Part shown: positions 9,093 through 19,581 of the stretch, piece by piece | Numbering within the stretch: position 1 is the stretch's first letter | Layout of the letters: every line of letters begins with the position of its first letter | The notes under the pieces: generated by a model | Databases searched by the model: none | The model's input: only the letters and a program-made list of their open reading frames with translations | What the model was told of the DNA's origin: nothing | Made by a program: the position numbers and the translations under genes | Origin: an uncultured Gammaproteobacteria bacterium | GTDB lineage: Bacteria > Patescibacteriota > Patescibacteriia > UBA2591 > UBA6264 | DNA: 64,000 nucleotides | NCBI GenBank assembly: GCA_964596735.1 | Contig: CAZQVF010000004.1 | Location: 229-64,228, forward strand | Direction: 5' to 3'

Positions 9093-10564
9093 TGTATCAA
9101 AAATTTAAACAATTAATTCAACACTCTTTTATTTACATGGTTGGGACAATCTTGACTGGAATAGTTAGCTTTGTTCTCATTCCTATTTATACTCGCGTAT
9201 TCTCTACTACTGACTATGGCATTTTAGATGTTGTTTTAATTACAGCTAAGGTGGTTATTAGCTTAAGTGTGTTGGGCCTGTATGCTGGCCTAAGCATGTT
9301 TTATTTTCACGAAAAGAACGAAGAAGAAAAAAAGACCATGGTTTCTTCAAATTTTATCTTTCTTTTATCTGTTACTGTTATTCTTTGCCTGATTACTATT
9401 TTCTTTAGCAAGGAGATTGCTAACATTTTTCTTAAAAATAGTGCATATGGTATTTATTTAATTCTGGCCGTTGCCACTGTACCATTTACAACAATCATTT
9501 CCTTTTGTTCAACTCTTTATCGACTTTCTTTTCAGCCAGTCAAATATTTCTATATTATTTTAGGAAACTTACTTTTTGGAACAGTTTTAAGTATTTATTT
9601 GGTGGTATTTAAAGAAATGGGGCTCTTTGGTGTTTTATATGGATCTCTTATCTCAAGTATAATCTTTTCTTTCTGGGGTCTTTATTTAACTAAAAATCAA
9701 TTTAATTGGAACTTCTCTTTACAAAAAATTAAAGATTTACTTAAATTTGGTTTACCTTTAGCCCCAACCGGATTAATGGTTTGGGTAATTGATTCGTCTA
9801 ATCGTTATTTCTTATCTTATTTTAGAAACGTCAGTGATGTTGGGCTTTATTCTGTCGGATTTAAATTTGCGGCAATTCTTCTTCTTGTCACTAGTGCTTT
9901 CCGTTTAGCTAATGCACCTTTTCAATATTCTATTTCTAGAGAAAACCGGGTCAAAGAAATCTATGCCAAAACCCTAACCTATTATATGTTTGCTACTCTT
10001 TTTCTTGCAGTAGGTATTTCTATTTTTAGCAAAGAATTAGTTAGTCTCTTTACCCCTTTAGAATATTTAAACGGCTATCAAGTTATTGCTCCTTTGGCGT
10101 TTAGTTTTTTGGTTTTTGGAATTTACCAGATCGCCGGTATTGGTTTAATGCTCTGCAAAAAAACATATTATGTTACCTATAGCCTTGGGATTGCTTCTTT
10201 GGCTAGCGTTTTATTAAATTTCTTTTTAATCCCCTATTTTGGCATTGTCGGCGCTGCTTTTGCTAATCTTTTGGCTTATTTAATTGGACTTAGTTTAATT
10301 CATTTTTGGAATCAAAAATACTACCACATAGACTTTGAAATAAAAAGAATTGTTAAAATTTTACTTTTTTCTGTTGGTTTAATTTTGTTTGGCTTATTTT
10401 TAATACCTCCTTCAACCCTTTTTGGTCTCTTAATAAAATTTGTTTTAATTCTTTTCTTCGCCTTGGGTGTATATTTCAGCTTAGAATTATCAGAAAAAGA
10501 CAGATTAAAACTATTAATCAATGACATATCACATAAATTATCTTTTAAAAAATCAAATGACTAA
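9092..10564 (+). CDS. Wzx-like flippase (MOP superfamily), copy B (paralog of 5811..7280)
   Basis: MYQKFKQL...GIVSFVLIPIYTRVFSTTDYGI. 490 aa, multi-TM, same architecture as copy A. Confidence 0.65.
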   Translation: MYQKFKQLIQHSFIYMVGTILTGIVSFVLIPIYTRVFSTTDYGILDVVLITAKVVISLSVLGLYAGLSMFYFHEKNEEEKKTMVSSNFIFLLSVTVILCLITIFFSKEIANIFLKNSAYGIYLILAVATVPFTTIISFCSTLYRLSFQPVKYFYIILGNLLFGTVLSIYLVVFKEMGLFGVLYGSLISSIIFSFWGLYLTKNQFNWNFSLQKIKDLLKFGLPLAPTGLMVWVIDSSNRYFLSYFRNVSDVGLYSVGFKFAAILLLVTSAFRLANAPFQYSISRENRVKEIYAKTLTYYMFATLFLAVGISIFSKELVSLFTPLEYLNGYQVIAPLAFSFLVFGIYQIAGIGLMLCKKTYYVTYSLGIASLASVLLNFFLIPYFGIVGAAFANLLAYLIGLSLIHFWNQKYYHIDFEIKRIVKILLFSVGLILFGLFLIPPSTLFGLLIKFVLILFFALGVYFSLELSEKDRLKLLINDISHKLSFKKSND

Positions 10565-11723
10565 ATCGAACAAAAAAATTTGCATGACTGTTTTAAACGA
10601 CTTTACGCATGATTCGCGTGTCTTACGTGAAGCCAAGGCCCTGCAGCAAGCAGGATACCAGGTTTTTGTTTTTGCTCTTTTTGAACCAGGTTTAAAAGAA
10701 AAAGAAACTGTTGAAAATATTCAAGCAGTTCGCATACCCTTAAAAACGCGCAAAATATTAGAAAAAACAAACATTCGTTTTATCAGGTTTATCGAATTTA
10801 TGATAAGAGTCTTAGCTCACATTAAAAAAATCAATCCCCTTGTCTGCCATTGCCATGATTTTAATACTCTACCCATTGGTTATTTAGCTAAAAAACTTTT
10901 TAAAACTAAATTAATTTATGATTCTCATGAACTAGAAAGTCATAAAGCCCCAGGAGAAAAAAAAGATCCTCACTGGTTTCTCTGGCTTCATCGTCGGGCT
11001 GAACACTTTTTTATGAGAAAAGCTGATGCTATCATTACTGTTGGTGATTGTATTGCTGATTATTTGGTTAAACAAGACCATATTAAACGTCCCATTGTTG
11101 TCCGTAATATTGAAGAAGAGGCTAAGGAAATTGACTATGAAGTGATGAGAAAAAAACATTTTAATCTTTCTCAGGATTATAAAATAGTTATTTACCAGGG
11201 GGGACTACAAAAATGGCGCGGAATAGAAAGCCTGATTCAGGCTTTAAAATATTTGGACAAAAAAATTATTCTAGCATTAGTTGGTGACGGCCCTTTAAAA
11301 AAGAACTTTGAAACAATGGTTGAAAAACTTAGCTTAAGTGATAGAGTAATATTTACCGGCTGGGTTAAACCAGAAGAATTACTTTCTTATACTTTACAGG
11401 CTGATTTAGGCACTGTCTCTTCTGAAAACCTTTGTTTAAGCTATTACTACACCTTGCCCAGTAAATTTTTTCAATACATTAGAGCTGGTATTCCTTTGGG
11501 AATAAGTGATTTTCCAGATATGAAAAAAATAGTTAATAAATATGATATTGGCGTATGTTTTAACCCTAGCGACCCTAAAGACGTAGCCAAAGCCATTAAA
11601 AAAGGGTTTAAGGAGGGTTATTATAAAAAATTAAAGGAAAATGTCATTAAAATACAAGAATTATTCACTTGGGATAAAGAAAAACAAAAACTTATTGAAT
11701 TATATAATCAACTAAACAAATAA
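10521..11723 (+). CDS. Glycosyltransferase family 4 (GT-B fold)
   Basis: N-terminal GT4-like domain (ICMTVLNDFTHDSRVLREAKAL) and C-terminal Glycos_transf_1 region (IVIYQGGLQKWRGIESLIQA ... VGDGP ... FTGWV). The likely real start is ATG 10557 (MTKSNKK), overlapping the flippase stop. Confidence 0.65.
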   Translation: MTYHINYLLKNQMTKSNKKICMTVLNDFTHDSRVLREAKALQQAGYQVFVFALFEPGLKEKETVENIQAVRIPLKTRKILEKTNIRFIRFIEFMIRVLAHIKKINPLVCHCHDFNTLPIGYLAKKLFKTKLIYDSHELESHKAPGEKKDPHWFLWLHRRAEHFFMRKADAIITVGDCIADYLVKQDHIKRPIVVRNIEEEAKEIDYEVMRKKHFNLSQDYKIVIYQGGLQKWRGIESLIQALKYLDKKIILALVGDGPLKKNFETMVEKLSLSDRVIFTGWVKPEELLSYTLQADLGTVSSENLCLSYYYTLPSKFFQYIRAGIPLGISDFPDMKKIVNKYDIGVCFNPSDPKDVAKAIKKGFKEGYYKKLKENVIKIQELFTWDKEKQKLIELYNQLNK

Positions 11724-11727
11724 ACCT

Positions 11728-12369
11728 ATGTTAAATGATTTAAAAAAAATATTAGTTTTAGCTCCTCACACTGATGATGGAGAATTTGGTTGCGGAGGAG
11801 CCATTGCCAAATTTATTGAAGAAAAGAAAAAAGTTTTTTATGTTGCTTTTTCTTCAGCGGAAAAATCAGTACCAAAAGGAATGTCTAAGAATGTTCTTAA
11901 AAAGGAACTAAAAAAAGCAGCTAAGGTTTTGGGTATTCCAGAAAAAAATCTGATTTTACTTAATTATCCAGTACGGGATTTTCCAGCTCACCGCCAAGAA
12001 ATCTTGGAAGATATGCTTAAGATAGGGGAAAAAATCAAACCAGATTTAGTGCTTCTCCCCTGTTCTCACGACACCCATCAAGATCACCAAGTAATTGCCC
12101 AAGAAGGGTTTAGGGCTTTTAAAACAACTTCTATGTTGGGATATGAAATTTCTTGGAATAATTTAAGCTTTAATACTGAAGCCTTTATTTTGCTTAAACC
12201 AAAACACTTACAAAAAAAACTTCGGGCTATAAGATGTTATAAATCTCAATCAAAAAGAGCCTATGCCTCAGAGGAGTTTATTAAAAGTCTGGCTACCACT
12301 CGCGGAAGACAAATCGGTGCAGATTCTTATGCCGAAGCATTTGAAATAACTAGATGGCTGATCAAATAA
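11728..12369 (+). CDS. PIG-L/LmbE-family N-acetylglucosaminyl deacetylase
   Basis: VLAPHTDDGEFGCGG (the HPDDE-like zinc-binding motif) and HDTHQDHQ. Confidence 0.7.
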   Translation: MLNDLKKILVLAPHTDDGEFGCGGAIAKFIEEKKKVFYVAFSSAEKSVPKGMSKNVLKKELKKAAKVLGIPEKNLILLNYPVRDFPAHRQEILEDMLKIGEKIKPDLVLLPCSHDTHQDHQVIAQEGFRAFKTTSMLGYEISWNNLSFNTEAFILLKPKHLQKKLRAIRCYKSQSKRAYASEEFIKSLATTRGRQIGADSYAEAFEITRWLIK

Positions 12370-13043
12370 AAATTGGAATTCACCAACCAAATTATTTGCC
12401 CTGGTTAGGTTATTTTTACAAAATCGCTCAGGTTGATATTTTTATTCTTTTAGACAATGTCCAATATGAAAAAAATAGCTATACCAACCGATGTCAAATC
12501 AAAACCCCTCAAGCCCCATTTTGGCTAACCTTACCGATTAAAAGAAAATTTCCTCAGATGATTAATAAGGCTGAAATAACTAATTATAAACAAGAAATTC
12601 AACGACATCTTAAAACCATTAGTCAAAATTATCAAAAAGCAAAATATTTTAATGACTTATACCCGGAATTAGAAAAAATAATGAAAAAAGATTATTCTTA
12701 TTTATCAGATTTGAATATTGCTTTAATTAAATTTTTGGTAAATAAGTTAAGAATCAAAACAAAAATAAAAACTGCTTCAGATTTTCAAGTTTCTGGGGCA
12801 AGTACTGAACGATTAATTAATCTTTGCAAAAATTTTAAAGGATCTATATATCTTTCTGGAAAAGGCGGGGCTAATTATCAAGACGAAGAAAAATTTAAAA
12901 AAGCAGGGATTAATTTAAAATATACTAATTTTCAACATCCCAATTACAACCAATTGTGGAAAGAATTTGTTCCTGGAATGTCAATTATTGATTTATTATT
13001 TAATTGCGGACCAGAAAGTTTAAAAATATTATTAAAAAAATAA
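12354..13043 (+). CDS. WbqC-like family protein
   Basis: IGIHQPNYLPWLGYFYKIAQVDIFILLDNVQY matches the WbqC-like (PF08889) N-terminus found in O-antigen loci. Confidence 0.6.
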   Translation: MADQIKIGIHQPNYLPWLGYFYKIAQVDIFILLDNVQYEKNSYTNRCQIKTPQAPFWLTLPIKRKFPQMINKAEITNYKQEIQRHLKTISQNYQKAKYFNDLYPELEKIMKKDYSYLSDLNIALIKFLVNKLRIKTKIKTASDFQVSGASTERLINLCKNFKGSIYLSGKGGANYQDEEKFKKAGINLKYTNFQHPNYNQLWKEFVPGMSIIDLLFNCGPESLKILLKK

Positions 13044-13047
13044 CTTT

Positions 13048-14346
13048 ATGCCAGCCGTGCCACTACCATTATATATTGCTTATGCATTAATCGGGATTAT
13101 TGTTTTGTTTATTATTGCTTTGAAACCAAAGCTATTTTGGCCGTTTTTAATCATAGCCACTGTTGCCTTTGGCGGATTAATGATTCAAGGACACGGTTTA
13201 GTAGAAGAATACTTAGTTGATCTTATTATTTTAGGCGCTTTACTTGCCCTTTCAATTGGTGCCATTCATTTAAAAAAACAAAAAGAGAATAAATGGGAAA
13301 CCCTACATCGAGCTGTTTTTATTATTTTTATTATGTACATGCTGGTTCAAAGCGTGCGCGGACTCTTAATTTTACATGATCCTCGTATTATTCGCTGGGT
13401 ATTTTTCTATGGTTTTCTTGGTCTGTTGACCTTTATTATTACCAAAAAAGGCTTCCCAACACCAAACGCTAGAAAAACCTCAATTATTATTTCTATTTCT
13501 ACATTAATTTATTTAAGTGCCTATCTGTTAACTGGGGTTATTTATGAAGCAATAACTGGACTATCTAAATGGGATCTGCAGGGTTATGTTTGGTCCGGGG
13601 CTGCCGCAGCTGTTTTCCCCTTAGTTTTGGCTATGCCCGCCGCTCTTTTTCTAATTAGAAGTAAAATTCGTAATGATAAAATTATTGCTTGGCTGGTTAT
13701 TATAATGGGTATGGTCATCACCCACTATTACTCTGCCCGAAGCGCCGCGGTAATGATGTTTGTTTTTCTAATTGTCGCGTTGTTCACTGTAAAATTTCGT
13801 AAAGTGCTTGTTCTAATAATTCTTTTTGCAGTTTTAACTATATTTTTAGGCACTGGTGATACAATTACTCAATATACGCAAAATATTGCCAAAAGTGCAG
13901 CATTGAAATCTAAATCTGAAGCAGGTCGACTCGATTTTGTTCATGCAGCCATGAACGCTATTGAAAAAAATGTAGGCACGTTCCTTTTTGGTTATGGAAT
14001 GTACACTAATCGTTATGTAATTCCCCCATATTTATATGATATTGGTTATTTTGGTGGCGGACCCATGCCAAAAATCGCCCGCACCTCGGGTTTATCAGCC
14101 CAAATCATTGATATTGGCATAATCGGTCTTTTGTTGTTTTATTTAAATATATTTTTTGTTGCCCGAAAAACTCTTTTTCTAAAACATAACCCTAATCGTT
14201 TTAGCATTATTTTAGCCTTAGGTATAATCTGTTTTTGGCCACTTGTCTCAAATATTCATGATAATGTTTTACTTTACTTATTAATAATGCCAGCTGGTTT
14301 ATTTATCCAATTAAGTAAAACAAGTCTTCAAGAATTAACTAAATAA
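13048..14346 (+). CDS. Polytopic membrane protein, O-antigen polymerase/ligase (Wzy)-like
   Basis: 432 aa with more than 10 hydrophobic helices and a larger loop in the C-terminal third (TQYTQNIAKSAALKSKSEAGRLDFVHAAMNAIEKN), like Wzy_C proteins. Its position in a glycan locus supports the call, but it is weak. Confidence 0.4.
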   Translation: MPAVPLPLYIAYALIGIIVLFIIALKPKLFWPFLIIATVAFGGLMIQGHGLVEEYLVDLIILGALLALSIGAIHLKKQKENKWETLHRAVFIIFIMYMLVQSVRGLLILHDPRIIRWVFFYGFLGLLTFIITKKGFPTPNARKTSIIISISTLIYLSAYLLTGVIYEAITGLSKWDLQGYVWSGAAAAVFPLVLAMPAALFLIRSKIRNDKIIAWLVIIMGMVITHYYSARSAAVMMFVFLIVALFTVKFRKVLVLIILFAVLTIFLGTGDTITQYTQNIAKSAALKSKSEAGRLDFVHAAMNAIEKNVGTFLFGYGMYTNRYVIPPYLYDIGYFGGGPMPKIARTSGLSAQIIDIGIIGLLLFYLNIFFVARKTLFLKHNPNRFSIILALGIICFWPLVSNIHDNVLLYLLIMPAGLFIQLSKTSLQELTK

Positions 14347-14347
14347 T

Positions 14348-15433
14348 ATGAAATTGTGTTTTATTGCTGTAGCTAATTCAATTCATTCTGTTAAATGGAT
14401 TAATTATTTTGCTGAAAAAGGCCATGAGGTCCACTGGATCACCTTAACTCCTAAAATTAATGCAGAATATAATCAGAAAATAATCTTCCATAATTTTAAT
14501 AATTTGTCAAATTTTACTTTATTAAAACTCTGTTTTAAAGATGTTAAAAAATTAATAAGACAAATTAAGCCTGATATTGTTCACGCTCATTATGCGGGCA
14601 TGAACGGCCTTTTGGGTGCTTTGTCTAACTTTCATCCTTTTGTTGTCACTGTTTGGGGTTCTGATGTTTTAATTTCTGGGAAATCAATAATTAAAAGGCC
14701 GTTTGTTAAATATATTCTTAAAAAAGCTGATTTAATTACCACTGACGCCGACCACATGAAAGAAGCGACTGTTAAGTTAGGAATTAATCCTGATAAAATT
14801 CAGCTTATATATTTTGGAATTGACACTAGAAAATTTCATCCTGATAAAAAAAGTGATGATTTTAAGTTAAAACTGGGAATTGAAAACCGGCCAGTAGTTA
14901 TAAGTCTAAGAAATTTTGAGCCAATTTATGATCTTGAATCTTTATTGCAAGCCGTTCCTTTGGTAGTTAAACAATTTCCTCAAGCCATGTTCTTAATCGC
15001 CGGTCGCGGGCCAGAAGAAAAAAAATTAAAAAGTTTAACAAAAAAATTAAAAATTAATAACAACGTTCGCTTTATCGGCTTCGTTGCCAATGACGAGCTT
15101 CCTATTTATCTAGCCTCGGCAGACGTTTATGTTTCTACTTCTCTTTCTGACGCTGGCATTGCTGCAAGCACGGCTGAAGCCATGGCCTGTGGTACGTCTA
15201 TTGTCATCACTGATTCTGGGGAAAATAAAAAATGGGTTACAAACAATGAAAGTGGGTTTATTATTCCTATAAAAAATCCTGAACAATTAGCCCAAAAAAT
15301 AATTGAATTATTAAAAGATGAACAAAAGAGAAATTCCCTTGGTCTTGCCGGGCGCAAAATAATTGTTCAACGTAATGATTATTATGGAGAAATGAATAAA
15401 ATGGAAAAATTTTATCAAGAAATAAAAAAATAA
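14348..15433 (+). CDS. Glycosyltransferase family 4
   Basis: GFVANDELPIYLASADVYVSTSLSDAGIAASTAEAMACGTSIVITDSG is the classic Glycos_transf_1 EX7E region. Confidence 0.7.
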   Translation: MKLCFIAVANSIHSVKWINYFAEKGHEVHWITLTPKINAEYNQKIIFHNFNNLSNFTLLKLCFKDVKKLIRQIKPDIVHAHYAGMNGLLGALSNFHPFVVTVWGSDVLISGKSIIKRPFVKYILKKADLITTDADHMKEATVKLGINPDKIQLIYFGIDTRKFHPDKKSDDFKLKLGIENRPVVISLRNFEPIYDLESLLQAVPLVVKQFPQAMFLIAGRGPEEKKLKSLTKKLKINNNVRFIGFVANDELPIYLASADVYVSTSLSDAGIAASTAEAMACGTSIVITDSGENKKWVTNNESGFIIPIKNPEQLAQKIIELLKDEQKRNSLGLAGRKIIVQRNDYYGEMNKMEKFYQEIKK

Positions 15434-15435
15434 AT

Positions 15436-16521
15436 ATGAAATTTATTTATTCTTTAGCCCGATTACCAAAAAACAAAAAAGTAGTTAAAGAAGTTAACAA
15501 AGCGACAGAAAGACTATTTAACAAACTTAATAAATTAGATACTGATTCCTTATTAATTTCAGATTATACTAAAAAATATCTTGCTGGCTATTTACAAGAT
15601 TTGCAAAACCGTTTAATGGATCTTTCATATATTCTTGCCTGGGCAGTCTCTTCAACTAATTTGCCTTTAAATAAAATTACTTTAATTGATCATGGCGGTG
15701 GATCAGGCGTGCTTTCTCTTTTGGCTAAAGAGTTGAAAATAGGAAAAGTAATTTATAATGACATTTACGACATCTCTTCCCAAGATGCCGAAACCCTTGG
15801 CCAACTGACAAACAATAAGGCTGATCACTACATTTCAGGTAATATTGAGGAATTAATTGAATTTCTAAAAACAAATTCTCTTTCCTGTGATGTTCTTGTT
15901 TCTAACGATGTTATTGAACATATTTACAATGTAGATGAATTTTTTCAAAAAGTTAAATTTGTTTCAACCGGTCCCCTATCTTTAATCATGGCCTCAGGGG
16001 CTAATTCAATTAATTCTAGAATTCGAAAAAAAATTATTAAAGATCAAATCGCTTTGGAAACCCAAGACAGAAAAAAAGAATGGGGACATAAGCCAACTGA
16101 TTGTTTGCGGGCCTATTCAAAGGTTAGAAGACAAATTATTTCTCAACAAAATTATAAATTAGAACAAGAAGAGGTTGAAAAACTGGCCAAGGCTACTCGT
16201 GGCATGATCGAATCAGATATTAAAAAAAGCGTTGACAATTATTTAAAGGACAAGAAGCTCCCCCCAGAATTAAATCATCCCACCAACACTTGTGATCCCT
16301 ACACTGGAAATTGGGCTGAACATTTAATGGATTTCAAACATTTAAAACAATCTTTATTAAAGCAAGGTTTTAATGTAAAAATTATGAGTGGTTATTATGG
16401 ATATCGCCAGAATCTAATAAAAAAATATATTACTAAGATTTTAAATATATTTATTTCTATTTTTAAAAATCAAGGACTTAAATTAGCTCCCTTTTATATA
16501 ATTTATGCCAGAAAAAAATAA
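15436..16521 (+). CDS. Putative SAM-dependent methyltransferase-fold protein
   Basis: LIDHGGGSGVLSLLA (GxGxG), VIYNDI, VLVSNDVIEHI. Confidence 0.45.
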   Translation: MKFIYSLARLPKNKKVVKEVNKATERLFNKLNKLDTDSLLISDYTKKYLAGYLQDLQNRLMDLSYILAWAVSSTNLPLNKITLIDHGGGSGVLSLLAKELKIGKVIYNDIYDISSQDAETLGQLTNNKADHYISGNIEELIEFLKTNSLSCDVLVSNDVIEHIYNVDEFFQKVKFVSTGPLSLIMASGANSINSRIRKKIIKDQIALETQDRKKEWGHKPTDCLRAYSKVRRQIISQQNYKLEQEEVEKLAKATRGMIESDIKKSVDNYLKDKKLPPELNHPTNTCDPYTGNWAEHLMDFKHLKQSLLKQGFNVKIMSGYYGYRQNLIKKYITKILNIFISIFKNQGLKLAPFYIIYARKK

Positions 16522-17797
16522 AAAAGTATTAATTATTGGATTCTTTTGGCCATACCTTGATGGAAGTAAAAGAATTTTTAGTTTAGCTAATTATCTTTTA
16601 GAATTTGGGTGGGAACCAATTATACTTACTGCTCCTTTAAAGAAAAAACCTGACCAGAAATTCAGGGTAATTGAAACTGATTATCATTGTTTTTTAGGTT
16701 CATGGGTAAAATTATTTGGATTTAATCAAAAATCAGACATTAGTGACCAAATTCAAGCTCAAACTAAAAAATCATCTTCCTTAATTAAATCTATTTTAAA
16801 ATTCTTTTATTATTTTATTAGAAAATTTTTAGCCTACCCTGACGAACATTGTCGCTGGGAAAAACCTGCCTTAAAAGCCGTTGACCAGCTTTTTAAAAAA
16901 GAAAAAATTCATGGTTTAATTAGTGTTTATCCTCATACTAGTCATTTAATTGCCAAAAAAATAAAAGAAAAATATGAAATTGGCTGGATTGCCGACTTCC
17001 CTGACCTTTGGTCAGATAATGAAGCCTATGCTTATGGAAAGATTAGAAAATTACTCGACCAACGATTAGAAAGAAAAACTGTTTGTGTGGCTAATGAACT
17101 AACCACTACTTCGCCTGTATATCGACAATGGTTAAAAAATTTTCATCAAAGAGAAGATGTTGAATTAATTACTTTGGGGTTTGATCCGAAGATATTAAAT
17201 GCTCCGCCCGTTCCTTTGACTAAAAATTTTACCATTACTTATACTGGTATTTTTTATCCTCAGGTACGCGAACCTTCAAAATTTTTACAAGCTTTGGCAG
17301 AATTAATTAACGAAAAAAGGCTTGATGTTCGAGACATTGAAGTAAGACTTTATGCTCCGGCTAAAGAATATGTGGAGAAAAAAATTAAAAAATATAATCT
17401 TTCAAAGGTTGTAAAACAATTAGGCATCATTTCTTTTGAACAATGTCTTGAAAAACAAAGAGAATCACAAATTTTATTACAATTAAATTGGGAAGATAAA
17501 AAAATGGCTGGACGGGCTTTTTCTGGTAAATTATTTGATTATTTGGCAGCCCAAAGGCCTATTTTGGCCACAGGAGGAAAAAATGAAGATGTAGTTAATG
17601 GTTTAATTAATCAAACAAAAGCAGGAATATTTTGTCCTCAAATAAAAGACATTAAAAAAGCTTTACTTGATTATTATTTAGAATATAAACACAAAGGCTG
17701 TGTTTCCTATTCTGGGGACTTAAATGAAATTAAAAAACACAGTAGTAAAGAGGCAGCGAAAAATTTTGCCCAGATGTTAAATAAAATGAATAAATAA
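16505..17797 (+). CDS. Putative GT-B-fold glycosyltransferase
   Basis: N-terminal VLIIGFFWPYLDGSKRIFSLANYLLEFGWEP and C-terminal SGKLFDYLAAQRPILATGG are consistent with a GT4-like fold. The similarity is weak. Confidence 0.4.
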   Translation: MPEKNKKVLIIGFFWPYLDGSKRIFSLANYLLEFGWEPIILTAPLKKKPDQKFRVIETDYHCFLGSWVKLFGFNQKSDISDQIQAQTKKSSSLIKSILKFFYYFIRKFLAYPDEHCRWEKPALKAVDQLFKKEKIHGLISVYPHTSHLIAKKIKEKYEIGWIADFPDLWSDNEAYAYGKIRKLLDQRLERKTVCVANELTTTSPVYRQWLKNFHQREDVELITLGFDPKILNAPPVPLTKNFTITYTGIFYPQVREPSKFLQALAELINEKRLDVRDIEVRLYAPAKEYVEKKIKKYNLSKVVKQLGIISFEQCLEKQRESQILLQLNWEDKKMAGRAFSGKLFDYLAAQRPILATGGKNEDVVNGLINQTKAGIFCPQIKDIKKALLDYYLEYKHKGCVSYSGDLNEIKKHSSKEAAKNFAQMLNKMNK

Positions 17798-17801
17798 AAT
17801 T

Positions 17802-18794
17802 ATGGACAAACCCTTAGTTTCTATTATTGTTCCCTGTCGTAATGAAGAAAAATTTATTAAAAAATGTATAGATTCTATTATTCAACAAGATTATCCTCAA
17901 AATAAAATGGAAATTTTAGTAATTGATGGTATAAGCAAAGATAAAACTAGAGATATCATCAAAAAATATTCTGAAAAAAAACCCTTTATTCAATTAATAG
18001 ACAATCCTAAAAAAATCACCCCCGTCGCTTTTAACATAGGAATTAAAACCGCCAAAGGTAAAATTATTATTATCATGGGATCTCACACAATTTATCAAAA
18101 AGATTATATTTCCAAGTGTGTTGAAACCTTAATTAAACATAAAGCCGACAATGTTGGCGGCGTTTTAAAAACAGTGCCAAGTAAAAATACTATCTCAGCC
18201 AAAGCTATTGCTGCTTGTCTTTCTAGTTTTTTTGGCGTAGGAGGCTCACATTTTAGAAAAGGATTAACTAAAGTTAGAGGGGTTGATACTGTTTTTGGTG
18301 GTTGTTATCGAAAAGAAGTCTTTAAAAAATTTGGCTTTTTTAATGAAAATCTAGTCCGCAGTCAAGATATGGCTTTTAATGCAAAATTAAAAAAAGCTGG
18401 CGGGAAAATTATTCTTAATCCAAAAATCGTTGGGCTTTATCACCCGAAAGCTACTTTAACAAGTTTTTTTATTCATAATATTAAAGATGGAATTTGGGCC
18501 ATTTATCCTTTAAAATTTGTTAAAATTCCTCTTAAATTGAGGCACTATATTCCTCTATTTTTTATTCTATCTTTATTAATTAGTTTAACATTGGGCATCT
18601 TCTTCACATTATTTCTCTGGCTTTTTCTATTCATCCTTATTTTTTATTTAATAGTTAATCTTTATTTTTCTGCTAAAATTGCTTATAATAAAAAAGAGTT
18701 GGGTTATTTGTTTGTCACTCCCTTTGCTTTTATTTACCGCCATTTTGGTTATGGCATTGGTTCGTTAATTGGCTTAATTAAATTAATCTTGTAA
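17802..18794 (+). CDS. Glycosyltransferase family 2 with C-terminal transmembrane segments
   Basis: VSIIVPCRNEEKFIKKCIDSIIQQDYP, DGISKD, then a hydrophobic C-terminus. Confidence 0.7.
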   Translation: MDKPLVSIIVPCRNEEKFIKKCIDSIIQQDYPQNKMEILVIDGISKDKTRDIIKKYSEKKPFIQLIDNPKKITPVAFNIGIKTAKGKIIIIMGSHTIYQKDYISKCVETLIKHKADNVGGVLKTVPSKNTISAKAIAACLSSFFGVGGSHFRKGLTKVRGVDTVFGGCYRKEVFKKFGFFNENLVRSQDMAFNAKLKKAGGKIILNPKIVGLYHPKATLTSFFIHNIKDGIWAIYPLKFVKIPLKLRHYIPLFFILSLLISLTLGIFFTLFLWLFLFILIFYLIVNLYFSAKIAYNKKELGYLFVTPFAFIYRHFGYGIGSLIGLIKLIL

Positions 18795-18804
18795 TAAAAG
18801 GTGT

Positions 18805-19581
18805 ATGGAGAAAAGAAAAGAAAGAGAAATCTCTCATTATGATAAATTGGCTGAAAAATGGCAAAATCAACGTCTAAATAAAAATTTGCAGGCGGATATT
18901 GAAGATTATGACGTAAATATTTTCTCAAGCTATCGATTTTGTAAAAAATGGATAAAACATAATGTTAAATCAGGAATGAAATTTCTTGACTATGGTTGCG
19001 GTCATGGAATGCATACTATTTTACCGGCAAAACTCGGGGCAGAGGTTTATGGAATTGATCTCTCAAAAAAATCTTTGAAAATTGCTGAACAAAGAATAAA
19101 GAAAAAAAAATGTGGCAAAATAAAATTTATTAAAATGGATTGTGAATCATTAGACTTCTCTGATAATTATTTTGATTTTATCTGGAATAGCGGCACATTT
19201 TCTTCTCTCGACATTAAAAGGGCCTTCCCAGAATTAGCTCGCGTTTTAAAACCAAGTGGAAAATTAATTGGCGTTGAAACATTTGGTCATAATCCCCTAA
19301 CAAATCTTAAGCGTTGGATTAATAAAAAACGCGGCGTAAGAACTTCATGGGCCACAGAACATATTATCAAGAATAAAGATTTAAAGTTTGCCAAAAAATA
19401 TTTCAATATAGAAAAAATATATTATTTTCATTTATTGTCGATGTTGACTTTTCCTTTTCGTAATATTTCTGGAGGAAAAACTTTGTTTAAGTTTTTAGAT
19501 CAGATTGACCATATATTATTGAAAATCCCCTGGCTGAAAAGATACGCCTTTAAAATTGTTTTTATTTTCTCAAAAAAATGA
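18805..19581 (+). CDS. Class I SAM-dependent methyltransferase
   Basis: FLDYGCGHGMHT (motif I), VYGIDLS, KPSGKLIG. Confidence 0.65.
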   Translation: MEKRKEREISHYDKLAEKWQNQRLNKNLQADIEDYDVNIFSSYRFCKKWIKHNVKSGMKFLDYGCGHGMHTILPAKLGAEVYGIDLSKKSLKIAEQRIKKKKCGKIKFIKMDCESLDFSDNYFDFIWNSGTFSSLDIKRAFPELARVLKPSGKLIGVETFGHNPLTNLKRWINKKRGVRTSWATEHIIKNKDLKFAKKYFNIEKIYYFHLLSMLTFPFRNISGGKTLFKFLDQIDHILLKIPWLKRYAFKIVFIFSKK

